Under the pieces are notes generated by a model. It did no database searches. It was not told where the DNA came from and was given only the letters and a program-made list of their open reading frames with translations. A program made the position numbers and the translations under genes. Of a stretch of DNA of 64,000 bases, positions 20,363 to 30,740 are shown one piece after another. Position 1 is the stretch's first letter. Every line of letters starts with the position of its first letter. The stretch comes from a virus (Duplodnaviria; Caudoviricetes), in the IMG/VR virus record IMGVR_UViG_3300023311_001083, positions 1-64,000 of that record. One strand, given 5' to 3'.

Positions 20363-20620
20363 TTAGATTTTTTTAGTTATATCTAAAATAGCTTCAACTT
20401 CTTCCCAATCTTCATTGTAATCTTGCCAGTTTCCTTTATGTGCAATTTTTATTGCTTTATTAATAACACTAGGTTTTACACTTAGTTCTTCTGCAACCGC
20501 TTTCACAGTTTCTTTAAGTCCTTCTTGTAAAGCTTCAATTTCATGTAATACTGTACTTCCTTCATTAATTAGCCGTTCTAATTTTGATTTTTCTTCTGGG
20601 CCGTAGCTTCTATCTGCCAT
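20363..20620 (-). CDS. small DNA-binding protein (DsbA/GapR-like)
   Basis: EIEALQEGLKETVKAVAEEL.VKPSVINKAIKIAH helical pattern; start MADRSY at 20620. Confidence 0.5.
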   Translation of the reverse strand: MADRSYGPEEKSKLERLINEGSTVLHEIEALQEGLKETVKAVAEELSVKPSVINKAIKIAHKGNWQDYNEDWEEVEAILDITKKI

Positions 20621-20648
20621 TTTGTTCTCCGTGGTTATTAAAATAAAC

Positions 20649-20677
20649 ATTATACATTAAATAGTTATGTATGTCAA
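20649..20677 (-). promoter_or_regulatory. sigma70-like promoter for the polymerase operon
   Basis: TTGACA-17nt-TATAAT. Confidence 0.7.
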
Positions 20678-20685
20678 TTATAAGA

Positions 20686-20714
20686 CAAAAAAAAGGCAGA
20701 TATAAATCTGCCTT
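20686..20714 (-). terminator. intrinsic terminator
   Basis: AAGGCAGA-loop-TCTGCCTT followed by U-tract on minus strand. Confidence 0.7.
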
Positions 20715-20762
20715 AGTGTAGTGACCATAGTTCAGTGATTTTTACACACCGAGTTATTATAG

Positions 20763-22403
20763 TTATAGTTTAGAAATTTCAGCCCATTTAGTTTTTAATG
20801 CATCTAATTGTGGTTTAAGAGGAGCATCTGGAGTAGCAGTTTTTAAACGACTTTCAATTCTTGCTCTTAATTGGTCTAGTTCCATATCGCTTCTAAATTT
20901 AGCATTTTGAACTTCGCTATTTGCAAATGGATTAGTTGTTGTATTATGATCATAAGGCCCGATTATCGGTTCTATATCGCCACCTTGATTAAATACATGA
21001 TCTAATGCAGCACCAGCTGCCATACCGCCACCAATTTTAGCAGCATTTCCTAATTTACTAGATGATGGTTTTGCATTTTTCTTAAATAAATTTTGTATTG
21101 GTTGAGGTTGTGTTGGTGGTGTGGGTTTTTTAGCAAATAAACCTTTAACCCAACCCGCATCTTTTTTAGCACCGCCCCACGCAGCTTTACCAGCAAATTT
21201 TCCTGCTCCTATAGCAGCTCCTAATGCACCTTCAGCTACTGCACTATCAATTGGTGTAAGAGTATTAGGATCAACTGGGTTGTCGTTTTCATCAAATAAC
21301 CCTTCTGGAGTCATTGCATATTTTTTACCATCTTTACCTTGAATTAAAATTGGCTCTTCTTCAACAGTAACACCTTCATTAATCATATCTAATTTAGCTT
21401 GTAGCAATCTTATAGATTCTGCAAGTGATGGTTGATTAGTATTAACTTTATTTTGAATTAACTGAAATTCTGGTGGTGGAGTTGCACCTTGTTGTGCTAA
21501 TATTGCATAAGTTTTTTCACCAATTAGTCCATCTGGTGTCAGACCATTTGCAGTTTGAAATGATACTATTTCATCACGCGTTGATGGCCAACTTACTGGT
21601 TGTGTTGGTTGTTCTTCTGGTATTTCACCTTCTAAATCTCTAGTTGCATTATATACGTCCAACCCTGTTCCTACTGCCCACCCAATACCAGGAATAAAAT
21701 ATGAGGCACCAGCTAGTGCGGCAATTCCAGCACCTTCTATATCTCCTTTTTTAAGACGATCATATGCATCTTTGGCACTAATAGCAGATCCTACAAACGG
21801 AACTGCTTTTGCTAATGATCTTCCACCTACGCTTGATGCAATTTTACCAGCAGTTGATGTAGTAGCATCTTCAGAAGTATACCTAAAGCTTTCTAATAAC
21901 TGATCTGAAATTTTAATAGATTCCATTGCTGGTTTAGGTTCTGGTTTTTTTGTTTTAGCAATATAATCTTTCAATGCTTTATATTGATCAATCATACTTG
22001 AAATATCTTGTAACGCTGCTTGTTGAGTTGATGCTCTATCTGATGCTTGGTTTGCAAGATCACTTTTGTATTTTGTTGCTGCGTCATACACATGATCATT
22101 TCCAAACATATGAGATGAAGTTTTTGCATTGGCTGGTATTAAACCCAGTCTTGATAATTCACGATCAGTATTATCATCTGAACTAGATTCAGAACCAGTA
22201 TTATCAACAAAACTCCCAGACACTGGATCATATAAACCAGGTAAATTATTAGTTTTTGCAAACTGTCCTAATGATGCAAATCTACCAGCTGGGTTTTGTT
22301 CTTGACCTAGTATAGCAGCAGAAACATCTTTTAAAGTTATACTTTCCAATAAAGAAGAATTTTCAATATCAGATAATTTTTGCATTAATGATTTTAAATC
22401 CAT
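20763..22403 (-). CDS. putative virion/internal head protein with peptidoglycan-binding domain
   Basis: FQTANGLTPDGLIGEKT PGBD motif, Ala/Gly-rich segments, multiple LxE sites. Confidence 0.6.
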   Translation of the reverse strand: MDLKSLMQKLSDIENSSLLESITLKDVSAAILGQEQNPAGRFASLGQFAKTNNLPGLYDPVSGSFVDNTGSESSSDDNTDRELSRLGLIPANAKTSSHMFGNDHVYDAATKYKSDLANQASDRASTQQAALQDISSMIDQYKALKDYIAKTKKPEPKPAMESIKISDQLLESFRYTSEDATTSTAGKIASSVGGRSLAKAVPFVGSAISAKDAYDRLKKGDIEGAGIAALAGASYFIPGIGWAVGTGLDVYNATRDLEGEIPEEQPTQPVSWPSTRDEIVSFQTANGLTPDGLIGEKTYAILAQQGATPPPEFQLIQNKVNTNQPSLAESIRLLQAKLDMINEGVTVEEEPILIQGKDGKKYAMTPEGLFDENDNPVDPNTLTPIDSAVAEGALGAAIGAGKFAGKAAWGGAKKDAGWVKGLFAKKPTPPTQPQPIQNLFKKNAKPSSSKLGNAAKIGGGMAAGAALDHVFNQGGDIEPIIGPYDHNTTTNPFANSEVQNAKFRSDMELDQLRARIESRLKTATPDAPLKPQLDALKTKWAEISKL

Positions 22404-22405
22404 TT

Positions 22406-22918
22406 TTAGTTATCCTTAGTTAATAATTTTTGTTCACCTACTATTGCATCATAATGATCCATAGTTAGTACGTTTCCTGCAGCACTAAATTCAATTAATT
22501 TTTCAGAAACATTATGTAAATCCATATCTGTTTCAGCATCTTCCCTAGCATATTCTAATAGTCTAATTAATAAAGGAACATCTAGTTTAATAACATCTGG
22601 TTTATTTTTTTCAGTACCTGTACTAATTATATCTGAATAAGATTCTTTTAATCTTACTTTTTCAGCTATAACACGTGCATACTGATTAATCAATTGACGT
22701 TTTTCAGTTTGTTTTTGTATTTTATCTTCTTCAGCTTCTTTGAAATATGTTTTCAATAACGATGGTTTCTTTACTGTGTCAGATAATGGTTTAGCATAAT
22801 GCTGCATTGTTATTTGTTCAGCCATAGATAATCTATTATTACTTTCAGTTATTATCTTTGTGGCTTCTACAGGCGTAGAAGCATTATCAATCGCCTGTAG
22901 AATTTTTTTCATATCCAT
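22406..22918 (-). CDS. putative head-associated protein
   Basis: MDMKKILQAID N-terminus; DVPLLIRLLEYARED motif. Confidence 0.55.
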   Translation of the reverse strand: MDMKKILQAIDNASTPVEATKIITESNNRLSMAEQITMQHYAKPLSDTVKKPSLLKTYFKEAEEDKIQKQTEKRQLINQYARVIAEKVRLKESYSDIISTGTEKNKPDVIKLDVPLLIRLLEYAREDAETDMDLHNVSEKLIEFSAAGNVLTMDHYDAIVGEQKLLTKDN

Positions 22919-24540
22919 TATTTTAAACCACTCAGCATTTTGATTGCATCTAATTCAACAGATTCATTTAAATCTCTTTCATATCTATCATCTCTTGCTG
23001 CATCTCTACGAAAGACTGCTTCTGCATCAGCTTGATTTTCTAAGCTATCTGTAGTTTCATGTTCATCAGCATCGTATTCTGCTTCAAAATTAGCTATTTT
23101 AACTATTTGGTCAATTACGTAATGTGGTAAAATATCACTAAATTCATCTGATAATTTATCAACAAGCCTGCCTATTTCGTGTTCTTGTACTGGTAATTCA
23201 ACACCTAAATCTTTTATTGCGCTTACAACATCGTCATACCATGATTCTTTAACAGCTGAATTATGTTCTTCAGGATCAGTTTCCCACTCAGAAATATTTT
23301 CTGATTGTTCTTTAAAGAATTTAACTTTTTTAGCCCAATTTTTAGCAGCTATTTTATCACCTTTTTCTTTACCTTCTTTAGAAACTTGTTTAAAAGGTTT
23401 GCTTTTTCGGTTCAATGATTCTTCTAAGTTATCAACTGCTTTTTCTATACCTTTTTTACGTTTTTGAATTTTGCTATTTAATTCACCAAATTTATCTATC
23501 GAACCAGGCACATCTGCCATTTTTCCCAATCGATATGCTTTATTATCAATATCTCTTGTTGCACGTTTAGTATAAGATTTCAACGTATCTTTTGATAGCC
23601 CAGTTTCAGCTATTTCGCGTTCTTTCTTTTTATTAATTATTGTATGTGGAAAACTTTTTGAAGAATGGTCGATTAACGATCCTCTTGGGATTGTTTCACC
23701 TTCTTCGTGTTCATCAGAATGTGGTGTGAACCAATGTTTTTTACCATCCCATCTTCCTAAAACATTACCTTTTCTATCTATTACGTTTGTAGCTTCATCA
23801 ATACCCATATCCATACCAACTTCGTGTTTAGCATGAGCAATAGCTTCTTTTTTATCGTCAAAACGTGATACATTTTTTGGTCCTAAATGTTTACCATCTT
23901 TGTAGATGTGTACTGTAAAGCCATTACCAGGCCCTTCAGCGCGAACTTCTGCAGTACCACCAGAATTATCATCAAACGATGCAATTTTTCTAGAACCTTT
24001 TGTAAGGGTTGATTCACCTAAGTCATAATTAGTTTTTTTGTGTTTTTCGTCACCGCGTTTAGCTGCTTGTTTTTTATCTTTATGAGCACCTGCACCAGCT
24101 GTTGGGGCATTTTTAGCAACAAAATTATTAATTTTAGGAGCATCGTCTGATTTATTTTTTTTAGCTTCTGTAATTTTTAATTCTTTAATTTTAGCTTTTG
24201 CTTCCATTAATTTATTTTTTAACGCTGCTTTTTGACTCTCGGAGTAAATGTCACTATTTTCTAAATGATCACCATATTCACTGAATTTTTTCTCATATTC
24301 AATGTAATGATATACTGATGCAATATAATCAGCAGCTTTAGTAATTTTGGCTTGTACCCAAGATTCTAATTGGTCATTATCTTCTAATTTTTTAAATAAT
24401 TTAAAACTATAAGTAGCTAATTTGTATAAATCAGCTTTTGCCATTGCACCCTCATTATCATCTTCTGTATGACCTAAGCCGATAACATTATCTTCTTCTT
24501 GCGGTGCTAAAATAGCGAATTCATTTAATTTACGTTCCAT
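22918..24540 (-). CDS. putative internal head/scaffold-like modular protein
   Basis: 540 aa, charged, about ten (L/I/V)xE sites separating short modules; GATAAATA upstream. Confidence 0.55.
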   Translation of the reverse strand: MERKLNEFAILAPQEEDNVIGLGHTEDDNEGAMAKADLYKLATYSFKLFKKLEDNDQLESWVQAKITKAADYIASVYHYIEYEKKFSEYGDHLENSDIYSESQKAALKNKLMEAKAKIKELKITEAKKNKSDDAPKINNFVAKNAPTAGAGAHKDKKQAAKRGDEKHKKTNYDLGESTLTKGSRKIASFDDNSGGTAEVRAEGPGNGFTVHIYKDGKHLGPKNVSRFDDKKEAIAHAKHEVGMDMGIDEATNVIDRKGNVLGRWDGKKHWFTPHSDEHEEGETIPRGSLIDHSSKSFPHTIINKKKEREIAETGLSKDTLKSYTKRATRDIDNKAYRLGKMADVPGSIDKFGELNSKIQKRKKGIEKAVDNLEESLNRKSKPFKQVSKEGKEKGDKIAAKNWAKKVKFFKEQSENISEWETDPEEHNSAVKESWYDDVVSAIKDLGVELPVQEHEIGRLVDKLSDEFSDILPHYVIDQIVKIANFEAEYDADEHETTDSLENQADAEAVFRRDAARDDRYERDLNESVELDAIKMLSGLK

Positions 24541-24565
24541 GACGATCTCCGTTGTATTAGTATAT

Positions 24566-24949
24566 TTATCTTTTTATTGTTGCTGACGGCCCGCCAAATA
24601 AGTTATTACTATCTAACCCATTCTTAGCAGTACCGTCTGAATTTTTTGGTTGTTTAACTATAGGAGGTTTAGGCGCTTTAGTACCTGATTTCCCTGGTGT
24701 GCCAGTATATGATTTTTTACCAATGGCTTTACCTATAGCAATATGTGGATTAACTACAGTTGCAATATTTGCAGCACTAGTTGCACCTGCTGTTGCATCT
24801 TCACTCACTTTAACACAGTTATTAACACGCGTATCACCTTTCATCTTAGTGCCTTGTTTTTTATAACCTTTCCAGCATTTAGAATCTAGGCGAGTATCTT
24901 CTTTGGTATATTCTTCTGGATCTTCAGCTAAAATTTCATATATTTTCAT
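24566..24949 (-). CDS. putative capsid-targeted small protein
   Basis: MKIYEILAE N-terminus; CWKGY..G.K.K...V.NCV motif. Confidence 0.6.
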   Translation of the reverse strand: MKIYEILAEDPEEYTKEDTRLDSKCWKGYKKQGTKMKGDTRVNNCVKVSEDATAGATSAANIATVVNPHIAIGKAIGKKSYTGTPGKSGTKAPKPPIVKQPKNSDGTAKNGLDSNNLFGGPSATIKR

Positions 24950-25188
24950 TTTTTATTTCCTTGGTACATAAAAGGTGGGATTTTATCTTGATTAATTTTA
25001 CTAATTCGATTGTTACTAACATGCATTGGATTATTATTCATGCGATATTCTGCGAGTCTTTCTTTTGCTCCTAACCCATCTAGATAACTTTGAATTTTTA
25101 ACTCATGAATAATATCATCTGGTGCTAGATAACAATCATCATCGTCATTCATTGAAATATTTCCAGTTGTGATTCTATATTGTTTCAT
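24946..25188 (-). CDS. hypothetical protein
   Basis: 80 aa ORF overlapping neighbours. Confidence 0.6.
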   Translation of the reverse strand: MKQYRITTGNISMNDDDDCYLAPDDIIHELKIQSYLDGLGAKERLAEYRMNNNPMHVSNNRISKINQDKIPPFMYQGNKK

Positions 25189-26333
25189 TATATACCTGCC
25201 TTACTTTTTTTAAATGTTGGTAATGAACTTTTTACATTAGTTCCATCAGTTTCTTTACTACCTTTAGTAGTAACATCAGTTCCTTTTGAACCCATAAACT
25301 TCTCAGTAGCTTTAATAATTTCAGCATCAGCATCAGTATATGCGATAGTAACTAATTTTTGTCCAGTAGGCCCTGTTTTATCCATGTTAAATTCAGGAGA
25401 TCCTGCCATAGCAATACCAAATCTCCATGGAGCATATGGACTGCTATTATCCAATCCATCATGTTTTCTCATATTAGGAACTGCATTAGTTTCTGTTTTT
25501 CTAAATTTACTTTCGGACATCATTTCATCCATATCAATCATTGCAGCTTCTAGTTCTAACAATCGTGAATCCATGTGCTTAACATTTACTGAATGATTTA
25601 AAATATTCTCGCTTAGTCTAATACTAGTTGTTATTTCATCCATTGCTTTTACTATATCAAATAAAACTGTTTCATGTAAGTTAATTTTTCTATTAGATAA
25701 TTCACGTTGTAATGCTTGTAATTTGTCATCTTTTCTAGCAATTGCATGTCTAATTTCACCAGCCACTTTAACTGGTAGACGTTTTAAAACACTGCTAATA
25801 ATTTCTTCAACTTGAGAATTTTGTTGTCCAGTAATTCTATCATTTATTGATTTTTCACTGCTTCTTTCTTGCTCTAAATCTTGATTTAATTTAGATTCTT
25901 CTTCTTTTAAGTTTTCAATATGTGTTTTATACAAATTGCGTTCTTGTGCCCATCGTATTGCATTTCTTTTAATGCTTGGTGTTTTTATTTTATCACTTAG
26001 TTCAATTAAAATTTCTGGTAATGAATCAGATACTTCTTTAAATGATGATGGGTATGTAGATAAGAATTCATGCAAATATACTGCATTTTTTGGTGAATAT
26101 TTAACTAAGTCATATAAATCGCTTTGTAATTTATTTTCATAAAACGTTTGAAACCATCTACTTCCAGTACTTCCTGATACCATACCAAAATTTCTAATTT
26201 TATGATGTTTTTCAAAATACTGAGATGACATTGAGGTAAGAGTATGATACAGCTGTGTTATTGGAGTTCCAATTCTAGCAGTTATAGAATTTACAGTTGT
26301 TTCAAAACTGATTCCTTCATTTAGTTTTTGCAT
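25188..26333 (-). CDS. putative head-associated protein
   Basis: 381 aa, LNEG and other LxE sites. Confidence 0.6.
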   Translation of the reverse strand: MQKLNEGISFETTVNSITARIGTPITQLYHTLTSMSSQYFEKHHKIRNFGMVSGSTGSRWFQTFYENKLQSDLYDLVKYSPKNAVYLHEFLSTYPSSFKEVSDSLPEILIELSDKIKTPSIKRNAIRWAQERNLYKTHIENLKEEESKLNQDLEQERSSEKSINDRITGQQNSQVEEIISSVLKRLPVKVAGEIRHAIARKDDKLQALQRELSNRKINLHETVLFDIVKAMDEITTSIRLSENILNHSVNVKHMDSRLLELEAAMIDMDEMMSESKFRKTETNAVPNMRKHDGLDNSSPYAPWRFGIAMAGSPEFNMDKTGPTGQKLVTIAYTDADAEIIKATEKFMGSKGTDVTTKGSKETDGTNVKSSLPTFKKSKAGI

Positions 26334-26336
26334 TTT

Positions 26337-26708
26337 TTAATCCTCATATTTTCCAGATGAAATATGTTTGCATACGTCATCATGAATTTTTTTACATATA
26401 TCACTAACCATAGATGATTCCAACTCATCTGGTAATTCACGGATAGGAAATTTTTTAATATATGCATGGTAACTATTTTTCACTGCTGGTTCAAAAAACG
26501 AATGATTTGTCTTACGATTGGCACTAATTAGATCTATACACTTAGTAATTATTGGATGTAGTTGTTTTCTATAAGTATCATCATCGTCATGCATGAAAAA
26601 AATTAAGTCTTCAGGAATATCAAAATCTATTTCTCTACCATCAGCTGTGTGTTTAATAAAAGCTAGATCATTAAAATCATTACTTTCTAAAAGTTCAGTT
26701 ATACGCAT
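26337..26708 (-). CDS. putative capsid-targeted small protein
   Basis: MRITELLES N-terminus; GCTAAATA at 26738-26745. Confidence 0.6.
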   Translation of the reverse strand: MRITELLESNDFNDLAFIKHTADGREIDFDIPEDLIFFMHDDDDTYRKQLHPIITKCIDLISANRKTNHSFFEPAVKNSYHAYIKKFPIRELPDELESSMVSDICKKIHDDVCKHISSGKYED

Positions 26709-26769
26709 ATTCTACTCTCAAGTTAGGGGTTATTACGTATTTAGCGATTTTTACTATTTTAATAACCAT

Positions 26770-26806
26770 AAAAAAACCGCATGTTATAAATAACATACGG
26801 TTTTTA
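26770..26806 (-). terminator. intrinsic terminator after clpA
   Basis: AAAAACCG.ATGTTA-loop-TAACAT.CGGTTTTT hairpin with A/T tracts. Confidence 0.6.
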
Positions 26807-26822
26807 TTAGCATAACTAACTT

Positions 26823-29090
26823 TTATATTTCAACTGTGTCAGCTATTTTAAATTTCTTTGCAACTGGTTGTAATTGCAATTTATCATTTTTAACGGTAAT
26901 GGATAATACTCCACCAGATTGCAAGTCACCAAATAACATTAATTTAGCAAGATCACGTTTAATTTCTTTATCAATAATTCTGTTCAAAGGTCTTGCACCC
27001 ATTTTGCTATCAAATCCATTAGTAATTAACCAATTTATAGCATCTTTATTAATTTTAATACGAATAGATTTTTGTTTAACTTGATTACGCAATTCATCAA
27101 TAAATTTATTAACTACGTTCACCATATCATCTTTACTTAATTTATTAAACGTAATAATACCATCAAGTCTATTACGGAATTCAGGTGTAAAGAATTTTTT
27201 CAATTCAGCATCATCATAAATTTTTTCTTGATTTCCAAACCCAATTTGATTTTTCTCAGCACTTGCAGCACCGGCATTAGTAGTTAAAATTAATACAATA
27301 TTTCTGCAATCTGCCTGTTTACCATTACTACCAGTAATAAAACCATTATCCATTAGTTGTAATAAAACTGTTAACACGTCTGGATGTGATTTTTCAACTT
27401 CATCAAATAATAAAACTGCATTTGGATTTTCTTGAATCTGTGTTATTAGTTGACCAGCGTTATCATCAAAACCAACGTAACCTGGCGGGCTACCAATTAA
27501 TTTACTGATACTGTGTTTCTCTTGATATTCACTCATATCAAATCTTAACAATTTAACACCAAGATGTTTAGCTAATGAAATTGCTGTTGCTGTTTTACCA
27601 CATCCACTATGACCCATAAACACAAAACTACCAATTGGTTTATTTTCATTTTTTAATCCAGCATGTGCAACCACAATCTTATCAACAATCTCAGTGATTG
27701 CACCATTTTGACCATAAACTTCTGCTTCAATATTACTTTGTAAAGTGGATAGATTAGAACTTTCAGTTTCCATTATTTTTTCTAATGGCATATTAATCAT
27801 TTTAGCTAATTCAAATTGAATTTCAGTATCTGTAATAGTTCTATTTTTAGTTTTAACTAAATTAAGTCTAGAACATGCACAATCAAGTAAATCAATTGCT
27901 TTATCTGGTAATTTTTTATCTGCTTGATATTTCACACTTAGCTCAATTGCAGAATTTAGCGCAGTATCTTTAATTTTTACATCATGGTGTGATTCATAAT
28001 ATTTTTTAATACCTTTTAATATTTTAAATGCCATATCAGGTGTGGGTTCGTCAACCACGATACGTTGAAACCGTCTTACTAATGCACGATCTTTTTCAAA
28101 ATGTTTGCGATATTCTTCCCAAGTAGTAGAAGCAATTACTTTTACATCACCTTTACTTAATGCAGGTTTCATCATATTAGCTAAATCATTAGCAGAGTTG
28201 TTTCCAGATCCAGCACCATTAATCATGTGTGCTTCATCTATAAATAAAACACATTTACCGTTATCCTGTAATGCAGAAAGAACTAATTTAAATCGTTCTT
28301 CAAAATCACCACGATATTTACTGCCTGCAAGCATTCCACTAATATCAAGATCGTAGATAGTATAATCTTTTAAAAATTCTGGAACATTACCATTAACAAT
28401 ATTATATGCCAATCCTTCAGCTATTGCAGATTTACCAACCCCAGGGTCGCCAACTAGAATAACGTTATTTTTACTACGTCTTCCTAAAGACAATGCAATA
28501 TTTTCTAGCTCCGTGGCACGCCCAATCACTGGATCGATTTTTTTATCTAAAACTTTTTTATTTAAATTAGTAGTAAATGATTGAAGTGCTTTTGCACTTC
28601 TACTATTATCATCAGATGGTTTTAGTTCGTCACTATCTGTTGTTTCTTCAGTGTGTTGTATATAATCAATGTATTTTTCTTTACTGATTTCTGCATTACT
28701 AATGTAATAAAACGCCCAACTGCGTTTTTCACCCATAATTGCAACAAATATATCAGATGGTTCAATTGCTGGTCTACCGCTGAATAAAACTTGCGTAAAT
28801 GCTCTATTTAAGATTCTATCAACTGCTTGTGTTTTTTTAGGTTTAACACCGTCTTCATCAGTTATAATACTTTCGCATTTATTATTTAAGAATTCATAAA
28901 CTTGGTTTTTAAGTTTTTTAGAATTTGCACCAATTTCATCTAAACCTTTATTAAATTCTTTTTCCATAAGTAACGCATATAGAATATGTTCAATTGTTAC
29001 ATACTCATGTTTTAATGCTATCGCAGCCGCAGATGCATTTTCAAAAACGTTATGTAAATTTTCACTTGGCTCAACCATTTTATTATCCAT
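26823..29090 (-). CDS. clpA: ATP-dependent Clp protease ATP-binding subunit ClpA
   Basis: Clp N-domain HEYVTIEH, GDPGVGKS, FIDEAH, GHSGCGKT, RFDMSEYQEKH, IGF loop, GARPL. Confidence 0.92.
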   Translation of the reverse strand: MDNKMVEPSENLHNVFENASAAAIALKHEYVTIEHILYALLMEKEFNKGLDEIGANSKKLKNQVYEFLNNKCESIITDEDGVKPKKTQAVDRILNRAFTQVLFSGRPAIEPSDIFVAIMGEKRSWAFYYISNAEISKEKYIDYIQHTEETTDSDELKPSDDNSRSAKALQSFTTNLNKKVLDKKIDPVIGRATELENIALSLGRRSKNNVILVGDPGVGKSAIAEGLAYNIVNGNVPEFLKDYTIYDLDISGMLAGSKYRGDFEERFKLVLSALQDNGKCVLFIDEAHMINGAGSGNNSANDLANMMKPALSKGDVKVIASTTWEEYRKHFEKDRALVRRFQRIVVDEPTPDMAFKILKGIKKYYESHHDVKIKDTALNSAIELSVKYQADKKLPDKAIDLLDCACSRLNLVKTKNRTITDTEIQFELAKMINMPLEKIMETESSNLSTLQSNIEAEVYGQNGAITEIVDKIVVAHAGLKNENKPIGSFVFMGHSGCGKTATAISLAKHLGVKLLRFDMSEYQEKHSISKLIGSPPGYVGFDDNAGQLITQIQENPNAVLLFDEVEKSHPDVLTVLLQLMDNGFITGSNGKQADCRNIVLILTTNAGAASAEKNQIGFGNQEKIYDDAELKKFFTPEFRNRLDGIITFNKLSKDDMVNVVNKFIDELRNQVKQKSIRIKINKDAINWLITNGFDSKMGARPLNRIIDKEIKRDLAKLMLFGDLQSGGVLSITVKNDKLQLQPVAKKFKIADTVEI

Positions 29091-29092
29091 TC

Positions 29093-29923
29093 TTAATTTT
29101 TCTCGTTAATTTCAATATCTAGTTGTTTTAATTTTGCAACTAATTCTGGGTCTTTTACAATTGTTGGTTTAATATCAACCACAGTAACAAACCGTCCTTT
29201 TCTAGTAGTATTCACATTAGTAAATCCCAACCCATGTCTGGCATATTCAGTACCAGAAAGTATTCCTGGTCTAATCTCTATAAGCATTTCTTCACCAGTG
29301 ATTGCTTCTACTTTTTTAGAACATCCAATCATTGCTTCGATTGATGATACATAAATTGTTTTATATATATCATCCCCGACTCTTTTAAATAATTCATCAG
29401 GGTCTACTTTAATAGTGACATTTAAATCACCACGTGGAGCGTTAGGAATTGAGTCATCTCCCATACCAGCATAACGTATTGTCATACCATTGTCAATACC
29501 TGGTGGTACATTAATTGCAATTGTTTCTTTTTTACCGCTTGGTAAAGTAAAATTTGCTTCAATTTGCTTTCCATAGTATGAATCAATAAATGAAATAGTA
29601 TATTGTATATTTAAATCTCTATTTCTATATACTCGTTGATGAGTTTGTCTGAACATCTGTTCAAATGGATGCCCACCGCCTCCAAAAAAATCATTAAAGT
29701 TAAATTGCCCGAATGGATTATTTTGCATTTGTTGTTGCTGATCGTATTGTGATCGGTTTGCAACATCACCAAGTGTATCATAGGCAACTGATATATTTTT
29801 AAATGTATCTTGATCGCCTCCTTTGTCAGGATGGTGTTGATTAGCTAATTTTCGGTATGCTTTTTTAATCTCATCTGCTGATGCTGAAGGGTCTATGCCC
29901 AATGTTTGATAATATTCATTCAT
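29093..29923 (-). CDS. dnaJ: J-domain chaperone (DnaJ/CbpA type, no Zn finger)
   Basis: HPD motif in J-domain, G/F region, DnaJ C-terminal domain. Confidence 0.88.
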   Translation of the reverse strand: MNEYYQTLGIDPSASADEIKKAYRKLANQHHPDKGGDQDTFKNISVAYDTLGDVANRSQYDQQQQMQNNPFGQFNFNDFFGGGGHPFEQMFRQTHQRVYRNRDLNIQYTISFIDSYYGKQIEANFTLPSGKKETIAINVPPGIDNGMTIRYAGMGDDSIPNAPRGDLNVTIKVDPDELFKRVGDDIYKTIYVSSIEAMIGCSKKVEAITGEEMLIEIRPGILSGTEYARHGLGFTNVNTTRKGRFVTVVDIKPTIVKDPELVAKLKQLDIEINEKN

Positions 29924-29969
29924 AGTCTCAATTTATTAATAGTTAAAAAGATTATTTAGTGTATAAGTA

Positions 29970-29998
29970 ATTGTACTACGAATAATTGTAAATGTCAA
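29970..29998 (-). promoter_or_regulatory. sigma70-like promoter for dnaJ-clpA
   Basis: TTGACA-17nt-TACAAT. Confidence 0.55.
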
Positions 29999-30007
29999 GA
30001 AGAAGTA

Positions 30008-30280
30008 TTACTTGATAGATGAATATATTTCCGTTTGTTCTTTATACCATTTTTGCCATGCTAAAAGTTTTTCTCTACTTTCATAATAAGTACCATAATT
30101 TGCATTTGCATTTGATAAAATATCACTTAATTGAGTTTGTTTTCCATTTAATGATTTTAATAATGGGACGGGTTCTAATAATATACTCGGTGCTTCAGGA
30201 AATTTTGGTTTTATTGGAACTGTAGAAGTCCAACATGCGGTCAAAAATAATGACATTGTAATTATTAATAATTTATTCAT
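30008..30280 (-). CDS. o-spanin (Rz1-like lipoprotein)
   Basis: Lipobox LTAC, Pro-rich periplasmic part, overlaps upstream i-spanin. Confidence 0.75.
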   Translation of the reverse strand: MNKLLIITMSLFLTACWTSTVPIKPKFPEAPSILLEPVPLLKSLNGKQTQLSDILSNANANYGTYYESREKLLAWQKWYKEQTEIYSSIK

Positions 30281-30740
30281 GATGATGTATTATGGAGTCA
30301 TTATAAATTTTTAATGCAACTTCGGGAATTTTGCACTCAGAATTGATTGATTTTTCGTTAGTTTTAATTAACTCATATGTTTCAGCTACTTGTTCTTTAA
30401 TAACTTTAACTTGTTTCACAACTTCAGTTTTAATTATAGTGTTTACAACAGCAGATTTTTGTTCTGCTACGATAACTTTTTGTTCAAGTTCGAAAATTTT
30501 ATCTTTCCATTGTTTATCTGAAAAAAAGAAACCTTCAAAAAATACACCAGTTATTAACAATACCAACGATATATTTTTTATGATATGTTGATAATTGTTT
30601 ATTATAGGTACAAATTTTACGATTAATCCAACAAAATTGCCTGTGATACCAATAAAAATAGCAAGATGAACTATCCATATAATAAAATTATCAGGCATAA
30701 AGTGAAGTATGAACATCATTTTCTTAAAGCCACTGCCCAT
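30273..30740 (-). CDS. i-spanin (Rz-like)
   Basis: N-terminal TM helices then coiled coil ending C.IP. Confidence 0.7.
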   Translation of the reverse strand: MGSGFKKMMFILHFMPDNFIIWIVHLAIFIGITGNFVGLIVKFVPIINNYQHIIKNISLVLLITGVFFEGFFFSDKQWKDKIFELEQKVIVAEQKSAVVNTIIKTEVVKQVKVIKEQVAETYELIKTNEKSINSECKIPEVALKIYNDSIIHHHE

